Virus record (IMG/VR): IMGVR_UViG_3300033148_004729
Location: 1-60,437 of that record
From: a virus
Lineage: Duplodnaviria; Caudoviricetes
Strand: one strand, 5' to 3'
Length of the DNA stretch: 60,437 bases
In this document: positions 19,796 through 29,870 of the stretch, piece by piece
Numbering within the stretch: position 1 is the stretch's first letter
Layout of the letters: each line of letters starts with the position of its first letter
The notes under the pieces: model-generated
Told to the model about the DNA's origin: nothing
Seen by the model: only the letters and a program-made list of their open reading frames with translations
Database searches by the model: none
Position numbers and translations under genes: made by a program

Positions 19796-20725
19796 GTGGC
19801 CATCGTCAGAGACCTCAACCGGGCTTTCGATAGCGGAAATTTTTTGACCTGGCAGGTGAAGTTGTTCCTGGAGGGTCTTGGGTGGACGACCGTTTCTACA
19901 GGGTCGGGTGGCGGCGGGCTGTATTCAGCAGTTGGCGAGGTCTGCACGGTCCCACAGTACGGTAATTTTTGTACCCTCGGAACCGAGTGGGGGTGGAACT
20001 ATTGCTGGAGGGTCTTGGAGAGCCCTGGACCACGTCATGAGCAATGGTTGTTCAAGCATGGAATTTACTACGGCGACGACAACTCATGGACGATCTCGTA
20101 CTCACCGGACGGGAACTTCACGAGGACTCCGACGAATGCGCCGTCGGCGACTGTTGCGCCGACGTGTGCTGACGAGCATCAGTTGTACTCAGGGCTTTAC
20201 GGGACGGACAAAGGGAACCTCGCGCTGTATCATTTCATCGGCATTGATGCGCCTATAGGAGCCGGGGCGTACGGGTTTGTTGTCGCCACGCTTGAAAGTC
20301 ACTCTGGTTACAGCCCGAGGCCAGGGGTGTCGTTGGTTCAAGATCCATTCATGAATGGTGATCCTTCAGATCCTCATGCGTGGGCTGTTGGTGTTCCACT
20401 GAATTTCGATTGGGATTTGAAGCTCGCGTCACTCGTCCACGCCGGGACAGGGACGGAGTTTTGGGCGACGATTTACGGAGGGTCTTGGAGTGGTGGAGGG
20501 TTCTTGAATGCCGTTCATGGTGTTGGAGTTGACCTGAAAGAACGGCCTCTTCCTGTACCGTATGTGAGTGAAAATCCGAAGTGGGTTCCTGGGGTGTCCT
20601 ACTTCTTTTTCGGTCCCGGGGTTCAGCGTCACTATCCACAGCGAGTTGACGGGGAGGACTTCGTTTACATCGGAGAGTTTTTGTTGCGTGGGTGGGACAA
20701 GACAGTTTTTCCGAGGACGGTCTGA
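19796..20725 (+). CDS. Putative receptor-binding protein, family copy 2
   Basis: GWTTVSTGSG, YSPDGNFTRTPTN.PSA, KERPLPVPY, YP...DGED..Y....LRGW. Confidence 0.6.
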   Translation: MAIVRDLNRAFDSGNFLTWQVKLFLEGLGWTTVSTGSGGGGLYSAVGEVCTVPQYGNFCTLGTEWGWNYCWRVLESPGPRHEQWLFKHGIYYGDDNSWTISYSPDGNFTRTPTNAPSATVAPTCADEHQLYSGLYGTDKGNLALYHFIGIDAPIGAGAYGFVVATLESHSGYSPRPGVSLVQDPFMNGDPSDPHAWAVGVPLNFDWDLKLASLVHAGTGTEFWATIYGGSWSGGGFLNAVHGVGVDLKERPLPVPYVSENPKWVPGVSYFFFGPGVQRHYPQRVDGEDFVYIGEFLLRGWDKTVFPRTV

Positions 20726-20731
20726 GTTGAA

Positions 20732-21784
20732 ATGGCCATCGTAGCTGCCGTGAACAACGATTACCGTGGAGGGACAGAGTGCCTGTGGAGGCTCAAGTCC
20801 GTCTTGAAAGCAGCGGGTTGGACTGTTCCATTTTCGGGTTCAGGTTCGGACATTGATTGTGGTGCTGGTCTTATATTGCCGGGCTCGTATTTTGGTGGGG
20901 ACTTGCCAGCATGGGGTGTTGGCAACACAAGATTTTGGGGGTGTCCAGGACTTGGAGCTTTAGGGATAGGCACGGCAGCGGGGACGTCTCTTGGTCGTCC
21001 AAGGTCGTGGTTCTGCATCGTGGACCCGAATGGTCGAGGATGGTTCTTCGGGCGCAGCAAGTATGAAAATTCGGACAACGGGTGGTGTGTGGCCTACAGT
21101 CCGGACGGGTGGGTGTCGCACGGAGATGCCGCGTGGGACGATGGGACCCTTTATGGGCATCCTGTTTCTCCGACGGGTAGAGAGCAGGTGATCGTTGGGT
21201 GGAATCTCGGGTGGGAGGTGGATCAGTTTTTGTTGAACACGAATGCTGGATTCCCGGTAAATTCAAAATTCCACTGTTGGGCTGACTCCGCTCCGTCTGC
21301 GTCTGGTGAGTATTCGCTCATCATGCTCAATGTCTACGGTACAAATCAGACCCAAGAATTTCTTGCTCAAGACCCATTTGAGGATAGCTACGATCCGTTG
21401 AATCCGCATCCATTGGCTGTTGTTCGTAGCAGAAGCCTCCATGGTGGGCTCAATAAGTGGTTCGGGCAGACGTACATGCACTACGGGCTGGAGTCCGAAC
21501 TGTGGAAGGTTTTGTGGGGAAGTGAGTGGAGGGATACCGGAGGGTTCTTGACGCCGGGCGGCGGTGGAACCGGAGCCGACGGAAAGGAGCGTCCCCTTCC
21601 TGTTCCGTATTTGTGCGAGCTTCCAAACGAGCACCCAGGCATGTCGTCAATGTTTTGGTGGAATCCGAATGGTTCTGCTGTTCATGCTTACCCAGATCAA
21701 GCAGATGGCGAGGACTATTTGTACGTGCAGGATGTGATGTTGTACGGCTGGCCCAACGCAGTGGTGCCGCAGTCGTACCCGTAG
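20732..21784 (+). CDS. Putative receptor-binding protein, family copy 3
   Basis: AGWTVPFSGSG, YSPDG, DGKERPLPVPY, YPDQADGEDYLY...LYGW. Confidence 0.6.
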   Translation: MAIVAAVNNDYRGGTECLWRLKSVLKAAGWTVPFSGSGSDIDCGAGLILPGSYFGGDLPAWGVGNTRFWGCPGLGALGIGTAAGTSLGRPRSWFCIVDPNGRGWFFGRSKYENSDNGWCVAYSPDGWVSHGDAAWDDGTLYGHPVSPTGREQVIVGWNLGWEVDQFLLNTNAGFPVNSKFHCWADSAPSASGEYSLIMLNVYGTNQTQEFLAQDPFEDSYDPLNPHPLAVVRSRSLHGGLNKWFGQTYMHYGLESELWKVLWGSEWRDTGGFLTPGGGGTGADGKERPLPVPYLCELPNEHPGMSSMFWWNPNGSAVHAYPDQADGEDYLYVQDVMLYGWPNAVVPQSYP

Positions 21785-21791
21785 GAGAGTC

Positions 21792-22805
21792 ATGGCGCTT
21801 CATCGAAATCTGAATCAGCCGGGTTATAGTTACAACCACTTGACGTGGTACATCCAGACCGAGCTTCTTGCTGCCGGGTGGATTGTTGCGGCTTCAGGGT
21901 CAGGCACGGGTGGTCTTTATAGCGCGGCCGGTGATGTTTTCGATAGGGGTGGCAAGAATCCTGTTCAAGGTAGCGATGTTACTGACATCGGTGTTGGGAT
22001 TGGGCAGGAACATTGGGGTAATACGCTTTGCTGGGCCATCATGGAGTACCCGACTGCCGCGACGAAGAAGCGTCAGCTCCTCATGTATCGGGATGGTCTT
22101 TTCGGGACGGCGAGTGATCGGAACTGGAGGTTCTATTACTCGCACAACGGAGATTTCACTCGGAACCCGACGAATGTGCCGAGTGCGAACGTCTTCCCGA
22201 CGTGTGCTAATGGCTACCTGATTCGCGATGCAACGATGTTCAACGTCGATGCCAGCATCATTCATGTCGTGGCGAACGATGTGCCCATCAATGGAGAGTA
22301 TGGATTCTGGGGGCTTCGTGTTGTTTCTGCGAACGCCTTTGGAGGGATGATCTTCTTTGACCCGCTTCATTCAAACGAGGGTGCGCTTGCACCTCATCCG
22401 TTGGCTGTTGCTGGATCGGAAGGGAATCTGTCACTCGCAGGTATAATAGCTACACGCGGAACCACAGTGAACGCCAAGTGGGTAGCTGATGCTGGGCTTC
22501 CCTCTGAAGAGTGGAACACCATGGTGTACCCGACGCTGTACGGGCGTCAGTCGGGGCCTTCGGTTTATCCGGGGTCGGCGGGGGTGTCACCGTGGGATGG
22601 GAAGTCCAGGCCGATGATCATTCCGTGTCATGGGCTTCCGTTGGGCCCGAAGGGTGGGTACGTCGGGGTGTCGACGTGGTTCTCGTGGAAAGCTGTCGGG
22701 TTGAGGGACTATCCTGATCAGGCTGATGGTGAGGACTACCTCTACATGGGTGATTTGCTCTTGTACGGATGGGACAACACTGTCATTCCAACGGCAGTGC
22801 CGTAG
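21792..22805 (+). CDS. Putative receptor-binding protein, family copy 4
   Basis: AGWIVAASGSG, FTRNPTNVPSA, YPDQADGEDYLY...LYGW. Confidence 0.6.
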   Translation: MALHRNLNQPGYSYNHLTWYIQTELLAAGWIVAASGSGTGGLYSAAGDVFDRGGKNPVQGSDVTDIGVGIGQEHWGNTLCWAIMEYPTAATKKRQLLMYRDGLFGTASDRNWRFYYSHNGDFTRNPTNVPSANVFPTCANGYLIRDATMFNVDASIIHVVANDVPINGEYGFWGLRVVSANAFGGMIFFDPLHSNEGALAPHPLAVAGSEGNLSLAGIIATRGTTVNAKWVADAGLPSEEWNTMVYPTLYGRQSGPSVYPGSAGVSPWDGKSRPMIIPCHGLPLGPKGGYVGVSTWFSWKAVGLRDYPDQADGEDYLYMGDLLLYGWDNTVIPTAVP

Positions 22806-22814
22806 GAGGCTGGT

Positions 22815-23090
22815 GTGGCCAAGGTCCAGGTAGAGATAGAAAACTACGGGATTCCTGTCTTTGCTGGCGGTGTTCCTCCGGTGCCGATTGACACCGAAAC
22901 GATGGAGTTCGGGGTTGGTGGTCTTTTGGAATATTGGGTCAACAAGACGTGGGACCCAGGTGGTCCAGAATGGGTCTACTGGGAGACGAATCCTGATCCT
23001 GACGTAGGAGGAGCGTCGTATCCGGATCCACACGGGACTGGCTTCGGGGGCACCGAGGGCTATAGAATCGCTGCGAGACGGTATCGGTAG
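22815..23090 (+). CDS. Small fibre-associated protein, copy 2
   Basis: EYWVNKTWDPGGPEWVYWET...GASYPDPHGTGFGG. Confidence 0.7.
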   Translation: MAKVQVEIENYGIPVFAGGVPPVPIDTETMEFGVGGLLEYWVNKTWDPGGPEWVYWETNPDPDVGGASYPDPHGTGFGGTEGYRIAARRYR

Positions 23091-23102
23091 AAGGAGTAGG
23101 AG

Positions 23103-23507
23103 ATGGTGAAGTCGGGGCAGAAGTCGCCGAAAAGAAGGCGAGACGGGGGCAACGGGGTGGTGAAGGTCACGGCCTCCTCGGTCATGGTTCCGGAGGACTT
23201 GAGACCCACCGTCAGAGAGGCGTGCGGGGAGGTCATCAAGTTCCAGGCCGCCGGGATGAACATCCGGGAGCAGTACCTCAAGAGGGAAGCTAGTGTCTTG
23301 GCTCAAATCAGAGCGGCTACCCATCGGCGTGATGTTCTCATCAGGAAGGTGCGCGATGGACTCGGTGTCCCTGACGACTGGACCTTGGTCGTTGAGACGA
23401 TGGGTTTCCGGCCGACTGGGATGCCTCCTGTAGCCTTGCAACGGCGAGCGTCCGAGGACACCCCTGAAGAGCCTGAAGCTCCACAGACGCCGACAGAGGA
23501 CGAGTAG
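23103..23507 (+). CDS. Hypothetical protein (possible fibre chaperone)
   Basis: SD and ATG; coiled-coil-like centre. Confidence 0.55.
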   Translation: MVKSGQKSPKRRRDGGNGVVKVTASSVMVPEDLRPTVREACGEVIKFQAAGMNIREQYLKREASVLAQIRAATHRRDVLIRKVRDGLGVPDDWTLVVETMGFRPTGMPPVALQRRASEDTPEEPEAPQTPTEDE

Positions 23508-23518
23508 GAGGGGTGTGA

Positions 23519-25276
23519 GTGTCGGGATTTGGACATTGGCCGTTCGGTGAGGGCCCGTTTGGCTCGTTCGACTGGGCGAAGCAAGTCCTTTTCCGGGACC
23601 TTCCGGAGATCGACCGGCGGCTTGATGCCGAGAATCCTGATGCCCCGCTGGAGACATGGGCTGACTCCTGCAAGCCTCTTTTTGATGAGCTTCTGACCTT
23701 CGCCCGTGAGTTCGAGACGCTCCGGGACCCGGATTATGTTCGGACCCAGTTCCAAGACCGTCTTTCGGTGACTTTGCTGTCTGCTGCGGTCGAGAAGAGT
23801 GGGCGGACCGTGCGGGTGACGGTGGATGACCCGGACCCGAACGATCCTTTCGTTCCGCTTGGGCGCACCTCTGTGGGGTGGATTCTCACCGATGCCGACG
23901 GTCGAGAGTTCACGGTCAATCAGGTCCACAAGCTCTCGAACGCCATCATCATAACCGGCAACATCTTGCCAACGACCGGGGTTTCTCCGGCTGGTGACGC
24001 TATCCTTCAGCCGCCGTCGCTCATCGGTTTCCTCGGAGGAGACTACGGCGTCAAGATTGACCAGCACGACCCCGAGGTCTTCCAACGTTCGATGGTCAGG
24101 AACGCCTGGCAGCTCTTCGGGATGAAGGGGTCGCAGAAGAGCTACGAGGTGGTCGGCAAGATGGCCGGCTACGATGTGGTGGCTTTGGCGCTCTGGAGGG
24201 TCAACCCGGTTCCGTCGGCGATTCCGGCTGGAAGCGTCTACGAGATACCACCTGGAAGCGGCAAGTATTACACCGACGTGGCCCCTGCGAGGCCAAATTT
24301 TGACATGGTGGCGGCCGACGTTATCCCACTCGACAAGTTCTGCTGGGAGGAGCCTGACTGGACCACGGACGGCATCACGCCGCCTCCTGGCCCTCTTCCG
24401 GACGGAACGTCTGTGCAGGATGCCATTGGCTCCTACACCCAGGGACTCTCCATCACGGGCTCGGTGAGCCTCGGGGGTGGTCTCTGGCGCATCATCGTCA
24501 ACGGGGGTGCTGATCTTTGGCCCATCGCGTCACAAGGGCAGTGGCATGCGACCTTCACGGACGTCGGGGCTGACACCGGGCAGTTTTGGTTGGAGAGCAC
24601 TCCTGTGGACATCGGTGGGGGTTCGTGGACCTTCGTCGTGATGGCTAGTGCGACCCCGACCTTCGGCACGACGGTCAACCTCGACTATGAGTGCCAAGAG
24701 GAGACGTCCTGCGACTACTGCCGGGCGAGCCTCATTCGTATCGAGGTCCGACCGACCGAGATCCTCAACGAGCCGGACGCGCTGCTCAACGGTATCCTCG
24801 AACGGTTGCGGGATCGCATCCTGGCCATCGTGCCAATTCACGTAAGAATTGCCGATATCGTTCACATTATCGGTCCCGTGCCGGTGGATGTCGGGGTGGC
24901 GGGGCAGCATCTCATTGTGACAGGTACCCAGCAACGGGCTCTCTTCGCGTACGCGCCCATTGGGTACTACTTCGACCACATGGCTGCTGACATGTTCAAG
25001 GTGGACCCGGCCCACATGGTCGTCACGCCATCGTTGACGGTCAGTGGAACCGGGGACACCATCGGTGGAGCACCTCCGGCTATGACCTTGACGGATGCGG
25101 CAGGTGGTTTCATGCCGTGGATGGTTGGCAAGACGGTCACTTTGGCTGGCGCCACAACCCCAGCAAACAATGGGCCTTTCACCATTACGAGCTATATCAG
25201 CCCAATACAGATCGGGTATACCAATGGGGCTGGATTTGCGGAGCCGTTCCCAGGAACGTGGTCCGTGTCGACGTAG
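23519..25276 (+). CDS. Baseplate/tail protein (P2 gpI-like, fibre attachment)
   Basis: GFGHWPFGEGPFG, LPEIDRRLD, L.FLG.DYG, R..V.NA......KGS..SY, IVPIHVR. Confidence 0.7.
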   Translation: MSGFGHWPFGEGPFGSFDWAKQVLFRDLPEIDRRLDAENPDAPLETWADSCKPLFDELLTFAREFETLRDPDYVRTQFQDRLSVTLLSAAVEKSGRTVRVTVDDPDPNDPFVPLGRTSVGWILTDADGREFTVNQVHKLSNAIIITGNILPTTGVSPAGDAILQPPSLIGFLGGDYGVKIDQHDPEVFQRSMVRNAWQLFGMKGSQKSYEVVGKMAGYDVVALALWRVNPVPSAIPAGSVYEIPPGSGKYYTDVAPARPNFDMVAADVIPLDKFCWEEPDWTTDGITPPPGPLPDGTSVQDAIGSYTQGLSITGSVSLGGGLWRIIVNGGADLWPIASQGQWHATFTDVGADTGQFWLESTPVDIGGGSWTFVVMASATPTFGTTVNLDYECQEETSCDYCRASLIRIEVRPTEILNEPDALLNGILERLRDRILAIVPIHVRIADIVHIIGPVPVDVGVAGQHLIVTGTQQRALFAYAPIGYYFDHMAADMFKVDPAHMVVTPSLTVSGTGDTIGGAPPAMTLTDAAGGFMPWMVGKTVTLAGATTPANNGPFTITSYISPIQIGYTNGAGFAEPFPGTWSVST

Positions 25277-25294
25277 AAGCGGGAGGAGGACGAG

Positions 25295-26008
25295 GTGGCG
25301 GTTTCAGCAGTCGTAGCGAACGGATGGCGTGAAATCCTTGCGCGCGTGTACGCGAGAGACATCACGCAGGCCTTGTCTGAGATCGTCCGCTTCAAGATCG
25401 GGGAGGGCGGATTCTCTGGAGGCGTTCCCATCACGCCTGATTCGACCTTCACCGACTTGGAGTCCGAGGGGGCTCCGCTTGCTGGTGGTGGGACGGCGAC
25501 TTTCAACAACGGTTCGACGGCAGTCGTCGGTGTCGGAACGAGCTTCCTGGCTGATGTTTCTCCGGGTGACTGGATCAAGCCGGGGCCGACTTTCATTGGT
25601 GTTGGTGCAACGCCTCAGTCGGCAGGTGACCCGGGCTCCGAGTACGACGAGTGGGGCCAGGTTCAGTCAGTCACGGACAACCTCAACATCGTCCTCACGG
25701 TTGGGTACGCGGGCGTGACGACCGTGCCGGTCAGGGAAGTTCGGAAGGCCTTGGAGCCTTTCTTCACCTTCCGAAAGACTCTTGTGGCTGGCGCTCTTGT
25801 CTACACCAGCGGGTTGCCGGCCATCACCGAGGCGACCTCTACCGTCGCAGCAGGCGAGGCGAATCAGGATCAGCTACTCAACAACCCGGTCTTCTACGAG
25901 CTTGCTCTCTTCGACAGCAACGGCGTGATGGTCTGCTACTGTACGTTCGATGCTCAGACGAAAGTGAGCGGAGTGCAGCTTGTGACGATTCTGGATCTGA
26001 CGTTCTAG
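25295..26008 (+). CDS. Tail-collar fibre / baseplate protein
   Basis: AVVANGWREILA, FKIGEGG, FYELALFDSNG.MV.Y.TF...TK. Confidence 0.7.
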   Translation: MAVSAVVANGWREILARVYARDITQALSEIVRFKIGEGGFSGGVPITPDSTFTDLESEGAPLAGGGTATFNNGSTAVVGVGTSFLADVSPGDWIKPGPTFIGVGATPQSAGDPGSEYDEWGQVQSVTDNLNIVLTVGYAGVTTVPVREVRKALEPFFTFRKTLVAGALVYTSGLPAITEATSTVAAGEANQDQLLNNPVFYELALFDSNGVMVCYCTFDAQTKVSGVQLVTILDLTF

Positions 26009-26039
26009 GGGCTAGCGACGACGGAGAGGGAGAAGAAGC

Positions 26040-28160
26040 ATGTCCACGACATTGGCAACCCCATCGAACACTCAGGTCAAGGTCCGTTGGGAGGAGCAGT
26101 ACGTCTCCGAGGGGCTCAACAAGAAGCTCACCGGGGTCATACCTGAGGGCGTTATCCGAGGTGGCAGGCTCATCGCTCACCCGTCGATCAACATGAACGT
26201 CACCGTCGAGTCTGACACGGGCTCCGGCGACAGTGTGTTTTCGTACGTTGACGCCAACGGGCACCAATTGTCCTTTCGCCAGGTTGGCGACGTCAACCTG
26301 GACCTGACAGCCGAGGCAGGAAACACCGTCTACATCGGCCTTGAAATTGTCTACGTGATCTCGTCGGTCACTCAGGTGTTCTGGCGAGCTTACTCGGCTG
26401 CCGAGGTCGTAGCTGACCCGACGTTGCTCATCATCGGAAGTGTCATCGTGCCTGCCGCTGGACTCGTACCGGCTGGTGACGTTCGAGGAAATGAGCGCAA
26501 GGACGGTGGGCTCGATTTGTCGTCCGGGATGAGGGATTGGCAGCAGACCGTCGAGAACTCGGACTTCCAGCAGGGCAGGAATTTTGCTGCGTCGTCGTAC
26601 TCGCGTGACTTGCCGAATTGGCAGTTGGACCCAGGCGCCCTTGGCACCGTGGGGCGCACGACCTCGCAGGCCAGGACCGGAGATGCAAGCCTCCAGTTCG
26701 TTGGTGCTGGAGGCGGGTCTCACGACCTGAAAGCCAAGCCGATCAAGCTCTTTTCGGTGCTCCCTGGTCAGACCATCAAGGTTTCTGCGTTCATCAAGGG
26801 TGTTTCGGTCGTTCTTGGATCGGGTGCTGGGGCTTCAGTTTCTCTGGCTGTGACTGCTCTCGATGAAGGTGGATCTGCCGTTGTCGCTGGGGATTTCTCC
26901 CTGTTTGGGTCGTGGTTCCACAGTGAGGATGGCACGGTTATCAATGGGTCATTCGACTGGTTCGAGATGGGCGGCAGGACGACCATTCCTGCCGGAGTGG
27001 CGTGGCTTGCCGTCACTATCACAATCGTTGATGGGACTTCGTTCACGGGCGACATCTTCTTCGACGACGTGCAGTTGTGGGTCGAGCCTGGGCCCGTAGC
27101 TGATTCCTACGACCGCAAGGACGAGATGGTCGGCGCGGATACGTACACGCCCGGTCTGGTCGTAACCCCGGCGTGGGGGCAGGACGCGGTAATTACGAGC
27201 TACCAGAAGGTCTTGGACCGGGCCATCAGGTTCCTTTGCAAGGACGCAGGAATCGCTACGCTCGAATACCTGATGGAGACGGGTGATGCGAGCATTTCCG
27301 ACTGGCTCCTGAACATCACGAGGGGGCAACTCAAGCTGGGAGAGGGTCTCATCTCGGGCGTCGCCAGTGCGGCCAAGCCGAGGGGAATTTTGCCATTCCC
27401 CTTGGATGCGACGGCTCCGTACACCCTGCTATGGGAGATGCCGCATCCGACGACCGGCAAGAGCATTCGCATCTACGTTGCCGAGTCGCCTGTGGTTTCG
27501 ACGTCAGAGCGGCTTGTTATCACCATCAATGCTCTGTGGACGGGCACGCAGTGGCAGCGTGACGAGAACGCCAACAACGCCATAAGGTTTGATTTCAGTT
27601 CGTCCGGAGGCATTACCATTTTCGCAAGGGATGCGACGGCTTCGGCAACGTGGATCGACACGGATTGGGATGATGGTGGCGTCAACAGCGAGAGAACGTG
27701 TTCGCTTGGCTTGGGTTTTTTGGGGTCGCCGATTGGCGGAAACCTGACCCTCGCAGACGGAATCCTCATCATGTCTCCGGCGGGCACTGTCACGAACCCT
27801 TCGGCAGGCAGCCTTTTGGCGTTGCCGAACGCGCTCTACGGGAAGAACATCGTCAAGTCGTGGGGCATGTTCCAGGTGGCCGCTGGGGTGCCAACGCTTT
27901 TGGGCGGTGAGGGGTTCAATATCAGTGGTTTGGCGGTGACGATTGGTGGTGAGCTTGACATTACCTTCCAAGTTCCAATGGCCAACGCAAACTACGCGAC
28001 TCCATTGTCCATTTTCTCGGCGATAACCGACGAGTTCGTAGTGTGGAACCAGACGACGAACGTGTTGACGTTGGCTTTGGTGAACCACACATTGGGTAGC
28101 AAGTTGGACCTGAACATCGACAACGGCATAGGCGCATTCACTACGTGTGCGCAGCAGTAG
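26040..28160 (+). CDS. Tail fibre protein with a carbohydrate-binding-module-like domain
   Basis: VENSDF...NW...ARTGDASL...V.PGQTIKVSAFIK...DW...IPAG...IFFDDVQL (CBM4/9-like jelly-roll pattern). Confidence 0.7.
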   Translation: MSTTLATPSNTQVKVRWEEQYVSEGLNKKLTGVIPEGVIRGGRLIAHPSINMNVTVESDTGSGDSVFSYVDANGHQLSFRQVGDVNLDLTAEAGNTVYIGLEIVYVISSVTQVFWRAYSAAEVVADPTLLIIGSVIVPAAGLVPAGDVRGNERKDGGLDLSSGMRDWQQTVENSDFQQGRNFAASSYSRDLPNWQLDPGALGTVGRTTSQARTGDASLQFVGAGGGSHDLKAKPIKLFSVLPGQTIKVSAFIKGVSVVLGSGAGASVSLAVTALDEGGSAVVAGDFSLFGSWFHSEDGTVINGSFDWFEMGGRTTIPAGVAWLAVTITIVDGTSFTGDIFFDDVQLWVEPGPVADSYDRKDEMVGADTYTPGLVVTPAWGQDAVITSYQKVLDRAIRFLCKDAGIATLEYLMETGDASISDWLLNITRGQLKLGEGLISGVASAAKPRGILPFPLDATAPYTLLWEMPHPTTGKSIRIYVAESPVVSTSERLVITINALWTGTQWQRDENANNAIRFDFSSSGGITIFARDATASATWIDTDWDDGGVNSERTCSLGLGFLGSPIGGNLTLADGILIMSPAGTVTNPSAGSLLALPNALYGKNIVKSWGMFQVAAGVPTLLGGEGFNISGLAVTIGGELDITFQVPMANANYATPLSIFSAITDEFVVWNQTTNVLTLALVNHTLGSKLDLNIDNGIGAFTTCAQQ

Positions 28161-28174
28161 GAGACGGTGACGCC

Positions 28175-28576
28175 ATGGCAGTTGAAATAGTGACGCAGAA
28201 TGGCCTGGAGGGCTTCACCGAGGTGGACCTTGGGGTGGAGGTCTCCGGGATGACCATCACGGTCAAGGCCGGAGAGGCCAAGTGGTGCGGGAGGGATGTG
28301 TCGCTTGCTGAGGACAAGACCTATGTGGTCGATGACGATCCTGATGGCAGGTCGGTCATGGGCCATCTCGTCGAGGAAGAGTCCGGTGGCATCAACGTCC
28401 TCGTGGACGAGGTTGGCCAGGACGACACTCCCTACTACTTCTTCGGGAGTCCGTATGTCTCGGTGATGCTGCTGTTCCGGTGCGATGTTCCAGGCGGGGC
28501 TTCGAGCATCGAGGACGCTTCCATGAAGACGTACAGGGTCGTGCAGCCACCCGGCCCAGAAGAAGGAGATGAGTGA
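28175..28576 (+). CDS. Hypothetical virion-associated protein
   Basis: ORF directly after the fibre gene; acidic and beta-rich. Confidence 0.55.
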   Translation: MAVEIVTQNGLEGFTEVDLGVEVSGMTITVKAGEAKWCGRDVSLAEDKTYVVDDDPDGRSVMGHLVEEESGGINVLVDEVGQDDTPYYFFGSPYVSVMLLFRCDVPGGASSIEDASMKTYRVVQPPGPEEGDE

Positions 28577-28767
28577 TGGGAAAGGCAATCTCAGGGAAGG
28601 CGATCAAGGCGTCGGACTCGAAGTACGTTGACCGCAAGGCTGCAAAGGTCGCCAAGAAGGGTTTCGTCGCGGCCTTCGATGGGAAGGTGTTCGCTGATCT
28701 CACAGGAGGAGAGAAGGACGACCTTCTGAAGGTCTTGGCCATCGCTGCTGGTATCATCAGCGAGTAG
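28576..28767 (+). CDS. Hypothetical small protein
   Basis: SD; start overlaps the upstream stop. Confidence 0.55.
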   Translation: MGKAISGKAIKASDSKYVDRKAAKVAKKGFVAAFDGKVFADLTGGEKDDLLKVLAIAAGIISE

Positions 28768-28770
28768 ACG

Positions 28771-29562
28771 ATGGTATCGCCTCCCGGCAACATTCTCTCG
28801 GCCATCACCCAGTTCCCTCAAGAGGAGCATCTGGCGAGGGCCTACCTCCAGCCGGTTGACATGGCTCCGGGTGAGGTTCCGCCATGGAGTAGCCACCGAG
28901 AGGGCAGTGCCATCGCTTTCCAGTATTGGCCCGAGACGATTCAGGACACACGGCCGGTCGAGTGGAGCCCACGTTCGATTCCTGGGGGGTCGCATCCGAT
29001 CTACCAGTGGACCCATGGTGGCGAGCGGCGCATTTCCTTCACAGCAGTCTTCATGACGGACACCGCCCCCGATGAGCACCTGTTGGAGGTTGCAGACAAC
29101 GCCATCGACGCCGTGACTTTCGGGGCTGGTTCACTCCTGGCTAGCAGTTCGTACTCCAGTCCATATGAGGCCCAGGCTGATGTGCCTCTCAGCGGTCTGG
29201 AGCTTGGAAAACGGGATCTCGATCTCAGGTCTGTCATCTCGTGGCTCCGGTGGTTCACCTATCCGACCTACGGTACTGGGAACGACTTGAGGGCTTTCGA
29301 ACCGGCCAAGTGTCTTTTGGTCCTCCCGCACACGAAGCTCGGGCACAGTGGCTCCGACTACATCATCACCGTGATGACGCAGTGTGACGTCACGTACGAG
29401 GCCTGGTTCCCGACCGGATTCCCTCGTATCATCGAGGTCAGTTTGGAGTTCGCCGAAGTGGTTCAGACCCAGCGGCGTGTTCGCTTCCATGACCGCAAGG
29501 ACATGCGTCCTGCTCAGGCTGTCCGATCCTTCCTCTACACGCGCGGAACACCCACCGGATAG
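28771..29562 (+). CDS. Tail tube initiator (CIS_tube / Afp7-like)
   Basis: FQYWPETIQD....W....IPGGSHPIYQW..GGER.ISF.AVF...CDVTYEAWFP.G.PR..EVSL.F.E. Confidence 0.8.
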   Translation: MVSPPGNILSAITQFPQEEHLARAYLQPVDMAPGEVPPWSSHREGSAIAFQYWPETIQDTRPVEWSPRSIPGGSHPIYQWTHGGERRISFTAVFMTDTAPDEHLLEVADNAIDAVTFGAGSLLASSSYSSPYEAQADVPLSGLELGKRDLDLRSVISWLRWFTYPTYGTGNDLRAFEPAKCLLVLPHTKLGHSGSDYIITVMTQCDVTYEAWFPTGFPRIIEVSLEFAEVVQTQRRVRFHDRKDMRPAQAVRSFLYTRGTPTG

Positions 29563-29612
29563 ACGGGTTCGCATTGATCTTGTAGAGTCGGGAGGGGTTG
29601 CGTGGGAAACCC

Positions 29613-29867
29613 ATGCGAGCAGAATCCATCAATACACCAGAGACGAAGGTCGAGGAGGCCTCGGGGGTCATGCTTTTGATGATCTCCACGAAGGTGTGGG
29701 AGATCCTTATCGCTCAGGGTCGCGACGAGGGCACGTCTCCGGGGGATGTACTCGCAACTGCTCTCATGGCGTACATCGAGGAGCATGGCCACGAGGAGGC
29801 CAGGGCCTTGATGGATGGGTTTGGTGGGCAACCTGTTGCCCAGATGGTTGATGGGGCGCGGAGGTAG
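29613..29867 (+). CDS. Hypothetical protein, possible ribbon-helix-helix fold
   Basis: LMISTKVWEIL...GTSPGDVLATALMAYIE; start uncertain. Confidence 0.45.
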   Translation: MRAESINTPETKVEEASGVMLLMISTKVWEILIAQGRDEGTSPGDVLATALMAYIEEHGHEEARALMDGFGGQPVAQMVDGARR

Positions 29868-29870
29868 AGG

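Noticed and set aside
19796-22805. Diversity-generating retroelement or invertase shufflon acting on the paralog array
   Set aside because: No reverse transcriptase, adenine-specific TR/VR pair, invertase or inverted cassettes seen in the window
3804-29562. Stand-alone extracellular contractile injection system
   Set aside because: The genes are CIS-like, but the long tape measure, homing endonuclease, head-type proteins and phage early region indicate a phage
29557-29570. GGATAGACGG(G)TTC also present at ~56402
   Set aside because: Only two short copies in unrelated contexts; compatible with chance
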